Source of the DNA: a virus
DNA length: 64,000 nt
Virus record (IMG/VR): IMGVR_UViG_3300020469_000010
Direction: 5' to 3' (one strand)
The position numbers and the translations under genes were made by a program. The notes under the pieces are model-generated. The model searched no databases. It worked only from the letters and a program-made list of their open reading frames with translations, and had not been told where the DNA came from. Of the stretch, positions 40,728 through 50,032 are shown in pieces (within the stretch, counting starts at the first letter, position 1; every line of letters starts with the position of its first letter).

Positions 40728-41116
40728 TGAACAAAAATTACGAAGAATTTCATGCAACAGTTAAACTAAAAAATTCTGAGGAGGTATTCTCTATGATATC
40801 ACCTTCTGACGAAGGTGATAAAACATTTCTGGTATTATTAAATCCAGTTACAATAGAAGAAATTATTGTTAGAGGTCAACCATGCTATAAAGTAGATCCT
40901 TGGTTAAAAACATCATCTGCAGATATGATCTTAATTGATATGGATAATGTTTTAACAATTGTAGAGTGTAATGATGAAACTACTATAAAAATGTACAAGT
41001 CATTCTGGAGAAAAACTAATGCTGAGTTCCAAAAACACAATCTAAGTAGAAAAATGGGGTATCTAAATGATGTAGATGAAGCCAGAAAGTACTTAGAAAA
41101 CTTATATAAAAGCTAA
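40727..41116 (+). CDS. Conserved hypothetical protein, Sm-like beta-barrel pattern
   Basis: VKLKNSEEVF...LLNPV...PWL pattern shared with three other ORFs in this window. Confidence 0.55.
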   Translation: MNKNYEEFHATVKLKNSEEVFSMISPSDEGDKTFLVLLNPVTIEEIIVRGQPCYKVDPWLKTSSADMILIDMDNVLTIVECNDETTIKMYKSFWRKTNAEFQKHNLSRKMGYLNDVDEARKYLENLYKS

Positions 41117-41161
41117 CCGATACAATCCTTATCAACCCTAGCAGAGTTATCCTAGGCGTAC

Positions 41162-41190
41162 TTTACATATTTGTCAAGCCATGGTATGAT
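41162..41190 (+). promoter_or_regulatory. Sigma70-like promoter for gp55
   Basis: TTTACA-17 nt-TATGAT with a TGn extension. Confidence 0.7.
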
Positions 41191-41206
41191 ATATACATCT
41201 TGAATT

Positions 41207-41716
41207 ATGGGTAGAGATGAAATGCCAAGAAAACAGTCAGAACATTATGTAAACAATAAAGAATTTCTGGATGCTATTATTGAATACAAAAAAAGTGTTC
41301 TTAAAGCACAAGAAGATGAAAAACCAAAACCAAGGATTACAAACTATCTTGGTGAATGTTTTCTAAAAATTGCAACTCATCTTTCTTATAAACCAAACTT
41401 TGTTAATTATATCTTTAGAGATGATATGATCTCTGATGGAGTAGAAAATTGTATTCAGTACATTCACAATTTTAATCCAGAAAAATCTACGAATCCTTTT
41501 GCGTATTTTACTCAGATTATTCACTACGCATTTCTGAGACGTATTCAAAAAGAGAAAAAGCAATTAGATATTAAAAATAAAATTTTGGAGAAGACTGGAT
41601 TTGATCAGGTCTTCACTAATGATAACACGGTTGACAATTCAAACTACTCGGATTATAATAGCATCAAGGATGCAGTGTATTCTAAAATACGAAACATGGG
41701 CAACGATAACGCATGA
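41207..41716 (+). CDS. gp55: Late-transcription sigma factor gp55
   Basis: HYVNNKEF, LSYKPNFVNY, NPFAYFTQI...AFLRRIQKEKKQ. Confidence 0.96.
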   Translation: MGRDEMPRKQSEHYVNNKEFLDAIIEYKKSVLKAQEDEKPKPRITNYLGECFLKIATHLSYKPNFVNYIFRDDMISDGVENCIQYIHNFNPEKSTNPFAYFTQIIHYAFLRRIQKEKKQLDIKNKILEKTGFDQVFTNDNTVDNSNYSDYNSIKDAVYSKIRNMGNDNA

Positions 41717-42762
41717 AAATTGCTCTTATTACTGATCAGCATTTTGGTGCTAGGAAGAATTCAAAACTCTTCCATGATTATTTTTTGAAGTTCTATAATG
41801 AGGTATTTTTTCCATACCTAAGAGATAGTGGTATCACTACTATTGTTGATATGGGAGATACTTTTGATAATAGAACAGGAATCAACTTTAGTTCTCTAAA
41901 GTGGGCAAAAGATAATTATTATGATGTCCTAAAAGATATGGGATGTCATTTGCATACAATTGTCGGTAATCATACAGCATTTTATAAAAATACAAATAAT
42001 GTAAATGCGGTTGACTTATTGCTTCGTGAATATGATAATGTAACTGTATATTCTGACCCAGAGGAAACTACTTTGGGTGGTTTAGGAATACTCTTTATAC
42101 CATGGATTAATGATGAAAATTATGACAGAACTTTCAAACTTGTTCAAAAGACAGATTGCAAATGCGCGATGGGGCACCTTGAGCTCAAAGGATTTGCTGC
42201 TAATAAACAGTGCATCATGGAGCATGGTCATGAGAGCAAATTATTTGCAAAGTTCAGCAAAGTCTTCAGCGGTCACTATCACACTAGATCGTCTCATGGA
42301 AACATCCACTATACAGGAAACCCCTACGAAATCTACTGGAACGATGTAAATGATATTAGAGGGTTTACTATCTTTGATACAGAAACTCTAGAACACGAAT
42401 ATATTAATAATCCTTACAGAATTTTTTATAATGTGTATTATGAAGATACTGATTATAAAACTTTCAATTTTTCTGAATATGAAAATAAAATTGTAAAACT
42501 TATTATTCGTAAAAAATCTGAAAAGAAAAAGTTTGAAAAATTTATTGATAAACTTTATTCAACTAATGTTGCAGATCTGAAGATCATCGAAACTTATAAT
42601 TTTGATGGATGGTATTCTAAAGAAAACCTTGACACTACTGAATCTGAAAATACATTAAGTTTATTAAATAAATATATCCAAGAATCTGAGATAGATTTGG
42701 ACAGAACTGAGTTGTCTAAAATCATTGAGGAAGTCTATAAAGAAGCTTGTGAAATGATTTAA
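41713..42762 (+). CDS. gp47: Recombination endonuclease subunit gp47 (Mre11/SbcD-like)
   Basis: TDQHFG, GDTFD, GNH, GHL, SGHYH phosphoesterase motifs. Confidence 0.96.
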   Translation: MKIALITDQHFGARKNSKLFHDYFLKFYNEVFFPYLRDSGITTIVDMGDTFDNRTGINFSSLKWAKDNYYDVLKDMGCHLHTIVGNHTAFYKNTNNVNAVDLLLREYDNVTVYSDPEETTLGGLGILFIPWINDENYDRTFKLVQKTDCKCAMGHLELKGFAANKQCIMEHGHESKLFAKFSKVFSGHYHTRSSHGNIHYTGNPYEIYWNDVNDIRGFTIFDTETLEHEYINNPYRIFYNVYYEDTDYKTFNFSEYENKIVKLIIRKKSEKKKFEKFIDKLYSTNVADLKIIETYNFDGWYSKENLDTTESENTLSLLNKYIQESEIDLDRTELSKIIEEVYKEACEMI

Positions 42763-42763
42763 C

Positions 42764-43036
42764 ATGTATATCATAGTAATTGATGGAGAAGATGAACGAG
42801 GAGCATATTCTGTCACTGATGAAGATGGTGAAAATGTTCTTTATATCTGGGAGAACGGTGACGATGCCGAAAGATTTGTTATGATGCTTGAGGAAAGTGG
42901 TTCTCCAAAAATGAAAGCAGTAGAAGTTGAAGATGAACCTTTAATTGATGCCTGTTTTGAGCATGAATATCTTTATGCTATTATTGGTCCAAATGATTTA
43001 GTTATTCCACCTGAAGAATACGATGATAATTTTTGA
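42764..43036 (+). CDS. Hypothetical protein resembling cyanobacterial DUF3110
   Basis: GAYSV...VL..E..DDAERF..MLE...VEVE.......C....Y pattern. Confidence 0.5.
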   Translation: MYIIVIDGEDERGAYSVTDEDGENVLYIWENGDDAERFVMMLEESGSPKMKAVEVEDEPLIDACFEHEYLYAIIGPNDLVIPPEEYDDNF

Positions 43037-44738
43037 GAAAATTAAATGGAAGAATTTTCTATCAACTGGTAATCAGTTTTCAGAAATAACCTTAAACAGT
43101 AATCAAAATACATTGATTATTGGACAGAATGGTGCGGGAAAATCTACTATTCTAGATGCACTTACCTTTGTCTTATTTGGTAAATCTTTTCGTAAAATTA
43201 ATAAACCACAATTAATTAATACTACAAATGAGAAAGATTGTGTAGTTGAAATTGAATTTACTATTGGTTCTATTTCATGGAAAATTTGTAGAGGAATAAA
43301 ACCAAACATATTTGAAATTTATAGAGATGATACTTTATTGAATCAAGATGCTTCTGCTAATGATCAGCAGAAATTTTTAGAACAAAGCATATTGAAGATG
43401 AATTATAAATCTTTCACACAGATTGTAATTCTTGGCAGTAGTAACTTTGTTCCTTTCATGCAACTTTCTTCTGCTGGTAGAAGAGAAGTGATTGAAGATA
43501 TTCTTGATATTAAAATATTTTCTACCATGAATACTCTTGTAAAAGAAAAATTACGGCAGAGGAAAGAAGATGTAAAAGTTATTTCTCTGAAGAAAGAATC
43601 TTTTACAGACAAAGTAAAGATGCAGGAAAACTTTATCAAGGAGATTGAAAGTCGTGGTAAAGATAATATCAAAAAGATTAACAATAAGATCAGTGAACTC
43701 AATATCGATATTGATGTTCTAAATCAAGACAATGGTTTACTTGAAAAGGACATCAAACGTTATACTGAAGAACGTGAAAGTGTTCATGATGCAAAGGCAA
43801 AGATTCGCAAACTAGGAAACTTAAAGGGAAAGATTGCTCAGAAGATTAGTACGATTTCTAAGAATCGTGAGTTCTTTACCACTAATGATACTTGCCCTAC
43901 TTGTACTCAGAATATCCATAGTGATATTAAAGATCAGAAGATTGGTGAATATAATAAAGAATCTGAGAAACTTGAAGGTGGATATAAAGAACTTCTAGAT
44001 ACAATTAAATCGGAAGAGTTTCGTGAATCTGTCTTTGATAATATCACAAAGTCGATCATGGAATCTCAAAGTTCTATTAGTTCTAATAATGCAAAGATCT
44101 CTCAACTCAATGCTCAAGTTTATGGACTGACCCAAGATATTAAATCTATTAATTATCAATCCGAAAATGAAACTGAAGAAAAGGATAAGTTAGTTGAATT
44201 CAAAAGTAAATTAGAAAAAAGTTTTGATGATCTTGTAGAAAAGAAAAATGAAATATTAAACTATGATTTCATTCATGACCTTTTAAAAGATAACGGTGTA
44301 AAATCTAAAATTATAGAAAAGTATCTACCTCTTATCAATCAGAGTGTGGGTAAGTATCTGCAAATGATGGATTTTTATATCAACTTTTCTCTTAATGAAG
44401 AATTTAATGAAATAATTCTCTCACCAATTCATGAAGATTTTTCTTATAGTTCTTTCAGTGAAGGTGAAAAGCAAAGAATTGACTTAGCACTTTTGTTCAC
44501 TTGGAGAGAAGTTGCTAAGATTAAAAATTCTACAAATACAAATCTTCTTATTATGGACGAGATCTTTGATTCTTCTCTTGATGGATTTGGAACTGAAGAC
44601 TTTTTAAAAATTATTAAATATGTTGTAAAAGATGCAAATGTATTTGTAATCTCCCATAAAGAATCTCTGCATGATAGATTTGAAAGGGTTGTTAAATTTG
44701 AAAAAAGAAAAAATTTCTCTCAACTTGTGGATGTATGA
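43023..44738 (+). CDS. gp46: Recombination ATPase subunit gp46 (Rad50/SbcC-like)
   Basis: GQNGAGKST, CPTC zinc hook, FSEGEK signature, LLIMDE, ISH. Confidence 0.97.
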   Translation: MIIFEKIKWKNFLSTGNQFSEITLNSNQNTLIIGQNGAGKSTILDALTFVLFGKSFRKINKPQLINTTNEKDCVVEIEFTIGSISWKICRGIKPNIFEIYRDDTLLNQDASANDQQKFLEQSILKMNYKSFTQIVILGSSNFVPFMQLSSAGRREVIEDILDIKIFSTMNTLVKEKLRQRKEDVKVISLKKESFTDKVKMQENFIKEIESRGKDNIKKINNKISELNIDIDVLNQDNGLLEKDIKRYTEERESVHDAKAKIRKLGNLKGKIAQKISTISKNREFFTTNDTCPTCTQNIHSDIKDQKIGEYNKESEKLEGGYKELLDTIKSEEFRESVFDNITKSIMESQSSISSNNAKISQLNAQVYGLTQDIKSINYQSENETEEKDKLVEFKSKLEKSFDDLVEKKNEILNYDFIHDLLKDNGVKSKIIEKYLPLINQSVGKYLQMMDFYINFSLNEEFNEIILSPIHEDFSYSSFSEGEKQRIDLALLFTWREVAKIKNSTNTNLLIMDEIFDSSLDGFGTEDFLKIIKYVVKDANVFVISHKESLHDRFERVVKFEKRKNFSQLVDV

Positions 44739-45577
44739 AATTTGTAAATATATCTGGACTTCCTAGATCTGGATCTACTCTTCTAGGATGTCTTTTAAAT
44801 CAGCATCCAGATATGAATGTTTGTTTTGATAGTGATCTTTCTCATATCGTTACTTCAATATCTAATGATTCTGCAAATGTATTTAATACTGGTCAATTTA
44901 CAATAAAGCAATATGAGTTTTTGTATACAGATCTAATGAGATCTGTTATTAAATCATGGACAAATAACTTATGTAAGAGGGAAGTATATGTTGATAAATG
45001 CCGTGGATGGGAAACCGATTATGATTTATTGTTTAAACTCATTCCAAATGCAAAAGTCATTTATGTAATGCGTGATCTGAGAGGAGTTATTTCTTCTTTT
45101 GAAAAGGTAGAAAATTATAAAAGAATACTTCCAACAAATGATAGTTTAATACCAGATAAAGACGAATTTAATGATGTAGATATTATGGAATATCGTGTTG
45201 AGAATTATCTAAACGACGACATGATAAGCACACCACTATATGCTTTAAAAGAACTTCAAGATTGTAGAAAATTATATTTTAATAATTTTAAATTTATTAG
45301 ATATGAAGATTACATGGAAAAACCAAAAGAAGTTCTTGCTGACATCTATAATTTTATAGGAATCAAACCTTTTGATAATAATCTTGCAGAAATTAAACAG
45401 GGGCATTATAATGATTCTTGTTTCGCACCTTATGGTGATCATACTATTAGGAAAGAATTAATACCACAAAAGATAAATAGTAAATTCCCTCTGTTAAAAA
45501 AAGAGGCACAGGAAAGAATCATTGATAAATGTTCATGGTTCTATAATACATTTTATCCTGAAGTGACTGATAACTAA
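44735..45577 (+). CDS. PAPS-dependent sulfotransferase family protein
   Basis: 5'-PSB loop GLPRSGSTLL...LNQHP; 3'-PB motif MRDLRGVISS; IRYED. Confidence 0.85.
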   Translation: MKFVNISGLPRSGSTLLGCLLNQHPDMNVCFDSDLSHIVTSISNDSANVFNTGQFTIKQYEFLYTDLMRSVIKSWTNNLCKREVYVDKCRGWETDYDLLFKLIPNAKVIYVMRDLRGVISSFEKVENYKRILPTNDSLIPDKDEFNDVDIMEYRVENYLNDDMISTPLYALKELQDCRKLYFNNFKFIRYEDYMEKPKEVLADIYNFIGIKPFDNNLAEIKQGHYNDSCFAPYGDHTIRKELIPQKINSKFPLLKKEAQERIIDKCSWFYNTFYPEVTDN

Positions 45578-45578
45578 A

Positions 45579-45893
45579 ATGTCAAAAATTGCAAGAAAGG
45601 CAAAAGTTTTGTCTAGAATGAAATGGTTAGTTGAATATAAAACAAATAAACCATGTGCTGATTGTGGTAAAATATTCGATCCAGTTTGTATGGATTTTCA
45701 TCATAGAGAACCTCATTTAAAAGTTGATGAAATTAGAGGACTTTTGAGAGATGGATATTCTATGGAGAAGGTCATGATAGAAATTAAAAAATGTGATATT
45801 TTATGTGCATGTTGCCATCGACTGCGGCATAAAAACGAACCAGTTCTTAAAGTGGCATCTAGAACCAAGTCGAAGGCTGTTCTTCCGTTATAA
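45579..45893 (+). CDS. Small HNH-like zinc-finger endonuclease
   Basis: CADCG...DFHH...K...EIKKCDILCACCHRLRH. Confidence 0.75.
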   Translation: MSKIARKAKVLSRMKWLVEYKTNKPCADCGKIFDPVCMDFHHREPHLKVDEIRGLLRDGYSMEKVMIEIKKCDILCACCHRLRHKNEPVLKVASRTKSKAVLPL

Positions 45894-45894
45894 T
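45841..45894 (+). promoter_or_regulatory. Putative early promoter (upstream motif plus -10 box), copy 1
   Basis: CAGTTCTTAAAGTGGC starts 48 nt before TATAAT (45889); same geometry as copy 2. Confidence 0.65.
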
Positions 45895-45921
45895 ACATTC
45901 ATACGAAACAATCAACCAAGC

Positions 45922-48069
45922 ATGTCCGTCAACTTTGAAGTCAAGGGTCAACTAGCAAAACTTCTTGCTACTGAGGATTTGATTGTTGAACATCGTCCGG
46001 TTGAGACAGCAATGTTTAATGTTCAGAGTAGAGTTCTAACTCTACCTATGTGGAAAAAGGCATCGGAGTCTGTCTTCGATATGTTGGTAGCTCATGAGGT
46101 TGGTCATGCTCTATTCACTCCTGATGATTGGTCGTTTGAAGGTAAAATTCCTCAACAGTTTGTTAATATAACTGAAGATGCTCGCATTGAAAAATTGATG
46201 AAACGCAAGTATGCAGGTTTATCAAAAACTTTCTTCAGAGGTTATAACGAACTTGCTGATGAAGATTTTTTCTGTCTTGAGAATGAAGATATTTCTAAAA
46301 TGAATCTTGCTGACAGAACAAATCTCTGGTTCAAGATTAGTAACTTTGTTGATATTCCTATTGAAGATGGTGAGGAAAGAGAAATCATCGATATGATTGG
46401 AAGTGCAGAAACTTTTGCTGATGCTGTTCTAGCTGCTGAATATTTGTACAAATACTGTAAGGCAAAACAGAATAATGCCGATCAACCTCAACAACAAAGT
46501 TCTGGACAATCAAATAATAGTGATAATGAGGGAATGACTCATGAAGAGATGATGGAGGAAGCAGATCGTCGTGAAGATGCTAATGAAACGGATGGATCTG
46601 AAAATGCGGATCTTAAAGAAACTGGTGGTGGAAGCACTAATCAAGATGCCTCAGATCCCTTATCTGAGAATGAACCAAATGCAAAAACTGTAGATTCTCT
46701 GTCAGATGCAATTAAAGATCTTGCAGATTTATCTGCTATGGAAAATGTATATCTAGAGTTTCCTGAACTAAATCTTGATACAGTAGTTATTTCCAACAAA
46801 GAAGTGCATGATTATTGTGTTGATTTTTGGAAACCATATTTCGATTCAAATTCCGATTGCTTTGATTATGTAGATTCTAGTTATACTAAATTCAAAAAGT
46901 CTGCTCAGAAGGAAGTCAACTATTTGGTAAAAGAGTTTGAATGTAAGAAGGCAGCAGATTCTTATGCTCGTTCTACCACTGCTCGTACTGGAGTTCTTGA
47001 TTGCTCTAAACTGCATACATACAAATATAATGAAGATTTGTTTAAGAAAGTAACAACTCTTGCTGATGGTAAAAATCATGGTTTGGTTTTTGTTCTTGAT
47101 TGGTCTGGATCTATGAGTCCTATTCTTGAAAGCACTATCAAGCAACTTTATAATCTTATTTGGTTCTGTAGTAAAGTAAATATTCCTTTCGATGTATATT
47201 CCTTTACTAATGATTGGCATGTTGTTACATATGACGAAAAAGATCGTCCAGTTTTGCCACCTGCACACTATGCAGCAAAAGACAATCAACTTGTTGTCGA
47301 AGATAGTTTTTCTATGGTGAATATTCTAACCAGTAGAGTTTCTAAGAAAGAACTGGAATCTCAAATGAAGAATATCTATCGTGTTGTATTTTCTCTTAGA
47401 AGGTATCTAAACTATGATACACCCATTCGTATGGGTCTTTCTGGAACTCCTCTGAATGAAGCACTTGTTTCTCTAAGAAACATTATTCCTAAATTTAAAA
47501 AGGATAATAGTCTTCAAAAAGTTCAGTGTGTTGTTTTGACTGATGGAGAAGCTGCTCCTATGTCATATCATTCTACATTCAAAAATCTTTGGGATCCAGA
47601 ACCTGTTATGAGAACTCGTAGAATGACTGCTAATGCAATTATTCGTGATCGACGAACTGGTTCTACATATAAGGTAGATTCTCAGCATAGTTGTGCTTTT
47701 GTTTCTTTTACAAACTGCATTATCAACAATCTAAAAGACAATTATCCAGATACTAATTTTATTGGTATTCGTCTTCTAGAAACTGGGTCTTCTGGTTCTT
47801 TCATCAGAACTTATGCTTCTAATTTTTCTCAAGTAGAAAAGTATCGTGCCATTTGGAAAAAAAGTAAGTCAATTGTATTCAGTAGTGAAGACAATACTGG
47901 ATATGATACTTACTTCGGACTCTCTGGAAGTGATCTAGTTAATGATGATTCCTTTGTCGTTAATCCTTCTGCAACAAAATCACAAATCAAAAATGCTTTT
48001 GTAAAAAGTTTGAAAACTAAAAAGTTCAATAAAAAAGTCCTTAACGAATTTGTTTCTCTCATTGTATGA
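45922..48069 (+). CDS. Zn-metallopeptidase-like plus vWA (CobT-like) protein
   Basis: HEVGH...EDARIE, acidic linker, MIDAS motif LDWSGSM...GTP...LTDGE. ATG at 45922 follows the promoter. Confidence 0.85.
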   Translation: MSVNFEVKGQLAKLLATEDLIVEHRPVETAMFNVQSRVLTLPMWKKASESVFDMLVAHEVGHALFTPDDWSFEGKIPQQFVNITEDARIEKLMKRKYAGLSKTFFRGYNELADEDFFCLENEDISKMNLADRTNLWFKISNFVDIPIEDGEEREIIDMIGSAETFADAVLAAEYLYKYCKAKQNNADQPQQQSSGQSNNSDNEGMTHEEMMEEADRREDANETDGSENADLKETGGGSTNQDASDPLSENEPNAKTVDSLSDAIKDLADLSAMENVYLEFPELNLDTVVISNKEVHDYCVDFWKPYFDSNSDCFDYVDSSYTKFKKSAQKEVNYLVKEFECKKAADSYARSTTARTGVLDCSKLHTYKYNEDLFKKVTTLADGKNHGLVFVLDWSGSMSPILESTIKQLYNLIWFCSKVNIPFDVYSFTNDWHVVTYDEKDRPVLPPAHYAAKDNQLVVEDSFSMVNILTSRVSKKELESQMKNIYRVVFSLRRYLNYDTPIRMGLSGTPLNEALVSLRNIIPKFKKDNSLQKVQCVVLTDGEAAPMSYHSTFKNLWDPEPVMRTRRMTANAIIRDRRTGSTYKVDSQHSCAFVSFTNCIINNLKDNYPDTNFIGIRLLETGSSGSFIRTYASNFSQVEKYRAIWKKSKSIVFSSEDNTGYDTYFGLSGSDLVNDDSFVVNPSATKSQIKNAFVKSLKTKKFNKKVLNEFVSLIV

Positions 48070-48245
48070 AAAATTTAAAACATATTGTTTTAGAAGATAC
48101 CAGTGAGGTACTAGTGGTCTGCACTAGTGCCATTACTGCTATGGGGATAGGTGCAATAGTAAAACAATACTATCCTGGATATACGGCAAAAATAATTTCT
48201 GAAAAATACTACCATGAGTCAGTTCGCAAACTGTCCTCCGACTGA
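48066..48245 (+). CDS. 59-aa hypothetical protein (not in the ORF track)
   Basis: ATGA overlap with the upstream stop. MKNLKHIVLEDTSEVLVVCTSAITAMGIGAIVKQYYPGYTAKIISEKYYHESVRKLSSD. Confidence 0.6.
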   Translation: MKNLKHIVLEDTSEVLVVCTSAITAMGIGAIVKQYYPGYTAKIISEKYYHESVRKLSSD

Positions 48246-48273
48246 CTCAAAGACCACAATTCTGCATTATAAT
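48220..48273 (+). promoter_or_regulatory. Putative early promoter (upstream motif plus -10 box), copy 2
   Basis: CAGTTCGCAAACTGTC starts 48 nt before TATAAT (48268). Confidence 0.65.
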
Positions 48274-48300
48274 AACTTCAGTTCAAACAAACGAAACCAA

Positions 48301-49404
48301 ATGTCCATCTCTCCTGAGTATGTTGTCACTTCACTCCAAGCACTCTATGGTAAAAATGTAACTGCATCCGATGTTCGTGCATGGTGTGCAATGAATGGTG
48401 CCAACTACCAGACCATTACCAACAAACTGAAAGATCGTAAAGTTGGTCGTGGTAAGTGGAATCTTGAAGTAACAAAGGAAACAGTACAAGAATTGGAAAC
48501 AACTTATACTGCACCAGCTGCATTGCCAGTTGTAGAACAAAACCTTATTCCTCGGAAAGATGATACCTTCGTCCAGTTTGGTAATTTCACTGATATTAAA
48601 AAAATTATTAAGTCCGGTCTATTCTATCCAACGTTCATTACGGGACTCTCCGGCAATGGCAAAACTTTCTCTGTTGAGCAAGCGTGTTCTCAACTCAAAA
48701 AAGAACTGATTCGTGTAAACATTACTATTGAAACAGATGAAGATGATCTTATTGGTGGTTTCCGTCTTGTCGATGGGGCAACTGTTTGGCATAACGGACC
48801 TGTCATTGAAGCACTTGAACGAGGAGCAATCTTGCTACTCGATGAAGTTGACCTTGCTTCAAACAAAATCCTCTGTCTCCAATCCATTCTTGAAGGGAAA
48901 GGTGTGTTCCTGAAGAAGATTGGCAAGTATGTACAACCTAAAGCAGGTTTCAATGTCATTGCCACTGCTAACACTAAGGGCAAAGGTTCTGATGACGGTC
49001 GTTTTATCGGCACTAATGTTCTTAATGAAGCATTCCTAGAACGATTCCCTGTCACCTTTGAGCAGTCTTATCCAACTCCTTCAGTTGAACAAAAGATTCT
49101 TGAGGGTATTTCCTTGGATCTTGGTGTGGAGGATCGTGATTTCTGCAAACGACTGGTTGATTGGGGTGATATCATCCGCAAGACCTTCTTTGATGGTGGT
49201 GTTGATGAAGTTATTTCTACTCGTCGTCTGGTACATATCATTCGTGCATACTCGATCTTTGGTAATAAGATGAAAGCATTGCAAGTTTGTGTAAATCGTT
49301 TCGATGATGAAACTAAGCAATCTTTCATGGAACTGTATGACAAAATCGATGCTGATTTTGAAATGCCTTCTGAAGAAACAGTTGACACATATAGTGCCGA
49401 GTGA
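48301..49404 (+). CDS. cobS: CobS/MoxR-like AAA+ ATPase
   Basis: GLSGNGKT, LLLDEVD, ATANTKGKG, LNEAFLERF, ISTRRL. Confidence 0.88.
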   Translation: MSISPEYVVTSLQALYGKNVTASDVRAWCAMNGANYQTITNKLKDRKVGRGKWNLEVTKETVQELETTYTAPAALPVVEQNLIPRKDDTFVQFGNFTDIKKIIKSGLFYPTFITGLSGNGKTFSVEQACSQLKKELIRVNITIETDEDDLIGGFRLVDGATVWHNGPVIEALERGAILLLDEVDLASNKILCLQSILEGKGVFLKKIGKYVQPKAGFNVIATANTKGKGSDDGRFIGTNVLNEAFLERFPVTFEQSYPTPSVEQKILEGISLDLGVEDRDFCKRLVDWGDIIRKTFFDGGVDEVISTRRLVHIIRAYSIFGNKMKALQVCVNRFDDETKQSFMELYDKIDADFEMPSEETVDTYSAE

Positions 49405-49410
49405 TATAAT
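49382..49410 (+). promoter_or_regulatory. Consensus sigma70 promoter
   Basis: TTGACA-17 nt-TATAAT with a TGn extension. Confidence 0.85.
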
Positions 49411-50032
49411 GATTAATGCTTGGAGTTTCCTATACGACGAAATGTACGGACCAGATGATGAACAAAATTATGCAAAAAGACGTGAACAAATTGAAAATGG
49501 AGAAGACTCTGAATATGAGTTAACTGCTGATGGGTTTGTTTGGCCAAAGGTAAATGATTTACCACCAACAGACCAATCTACCTATATTGATGAATATCCC
49601 AAACCATTATCTTCTATGAGTGACGACAAAATTAATTTCAATGTAAATGATAACATGCCTCCTTGGGGACACAGTGATCTTGAATCATCTCTTGGTGGTT
49701 CAATCGATCTAAATCTAGATCAACTTTCAACCAATGGTTTCTGGAAGTATGAGGAAGATTTGACTATGAAGGAGGTTCGTGAATACCTATCTTCAACTTA
49801 CAATGCACATTACACATCAAAAGACAGTAAGACCCAGACACTTGATCTGATTGAAAGTATTGGTGATGCAGAACCATTCTGTCGATCAAATGCTATCAAG
49901 TATCTCTCTCGATTTGGTAAGAAGGGTGGCAAGTCTAAACAAGACATCCTAAAAGCAATTCACTATTGCGTTCTTCTCTATCACTTCTCTGGACTCCACA
50001 AACAACATAAAGGTAATTATGAAACTTTCTGA
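49409..50032 (+). CDS. DUF3310/SaV-like protein (start uncertain; 49442 is possible)
   Basis: HY...QTLDLIE.....FCRSNAIKYLSRFGKKGG....DILKAIHY. Confidence 0.75.
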   Translation: MINAWSFLYDEMYGPDDEQNYAKRREQIENGEDSEYELTADGFVWPKVNDLPPTDQSTYIDEYPKPLSSMSDDKINFNVNDNMPPWGHSDLESSLGGSIDLNLDQLSTNGFWKYEEDLTMKEVREYLSSTYNAHYTSKDSKTQTLDLIESIGDAEPFCRSNAIKYLSRFGKKGGKSKQDILKAIHYCVLLYHFSGLHKQHKGNYETF

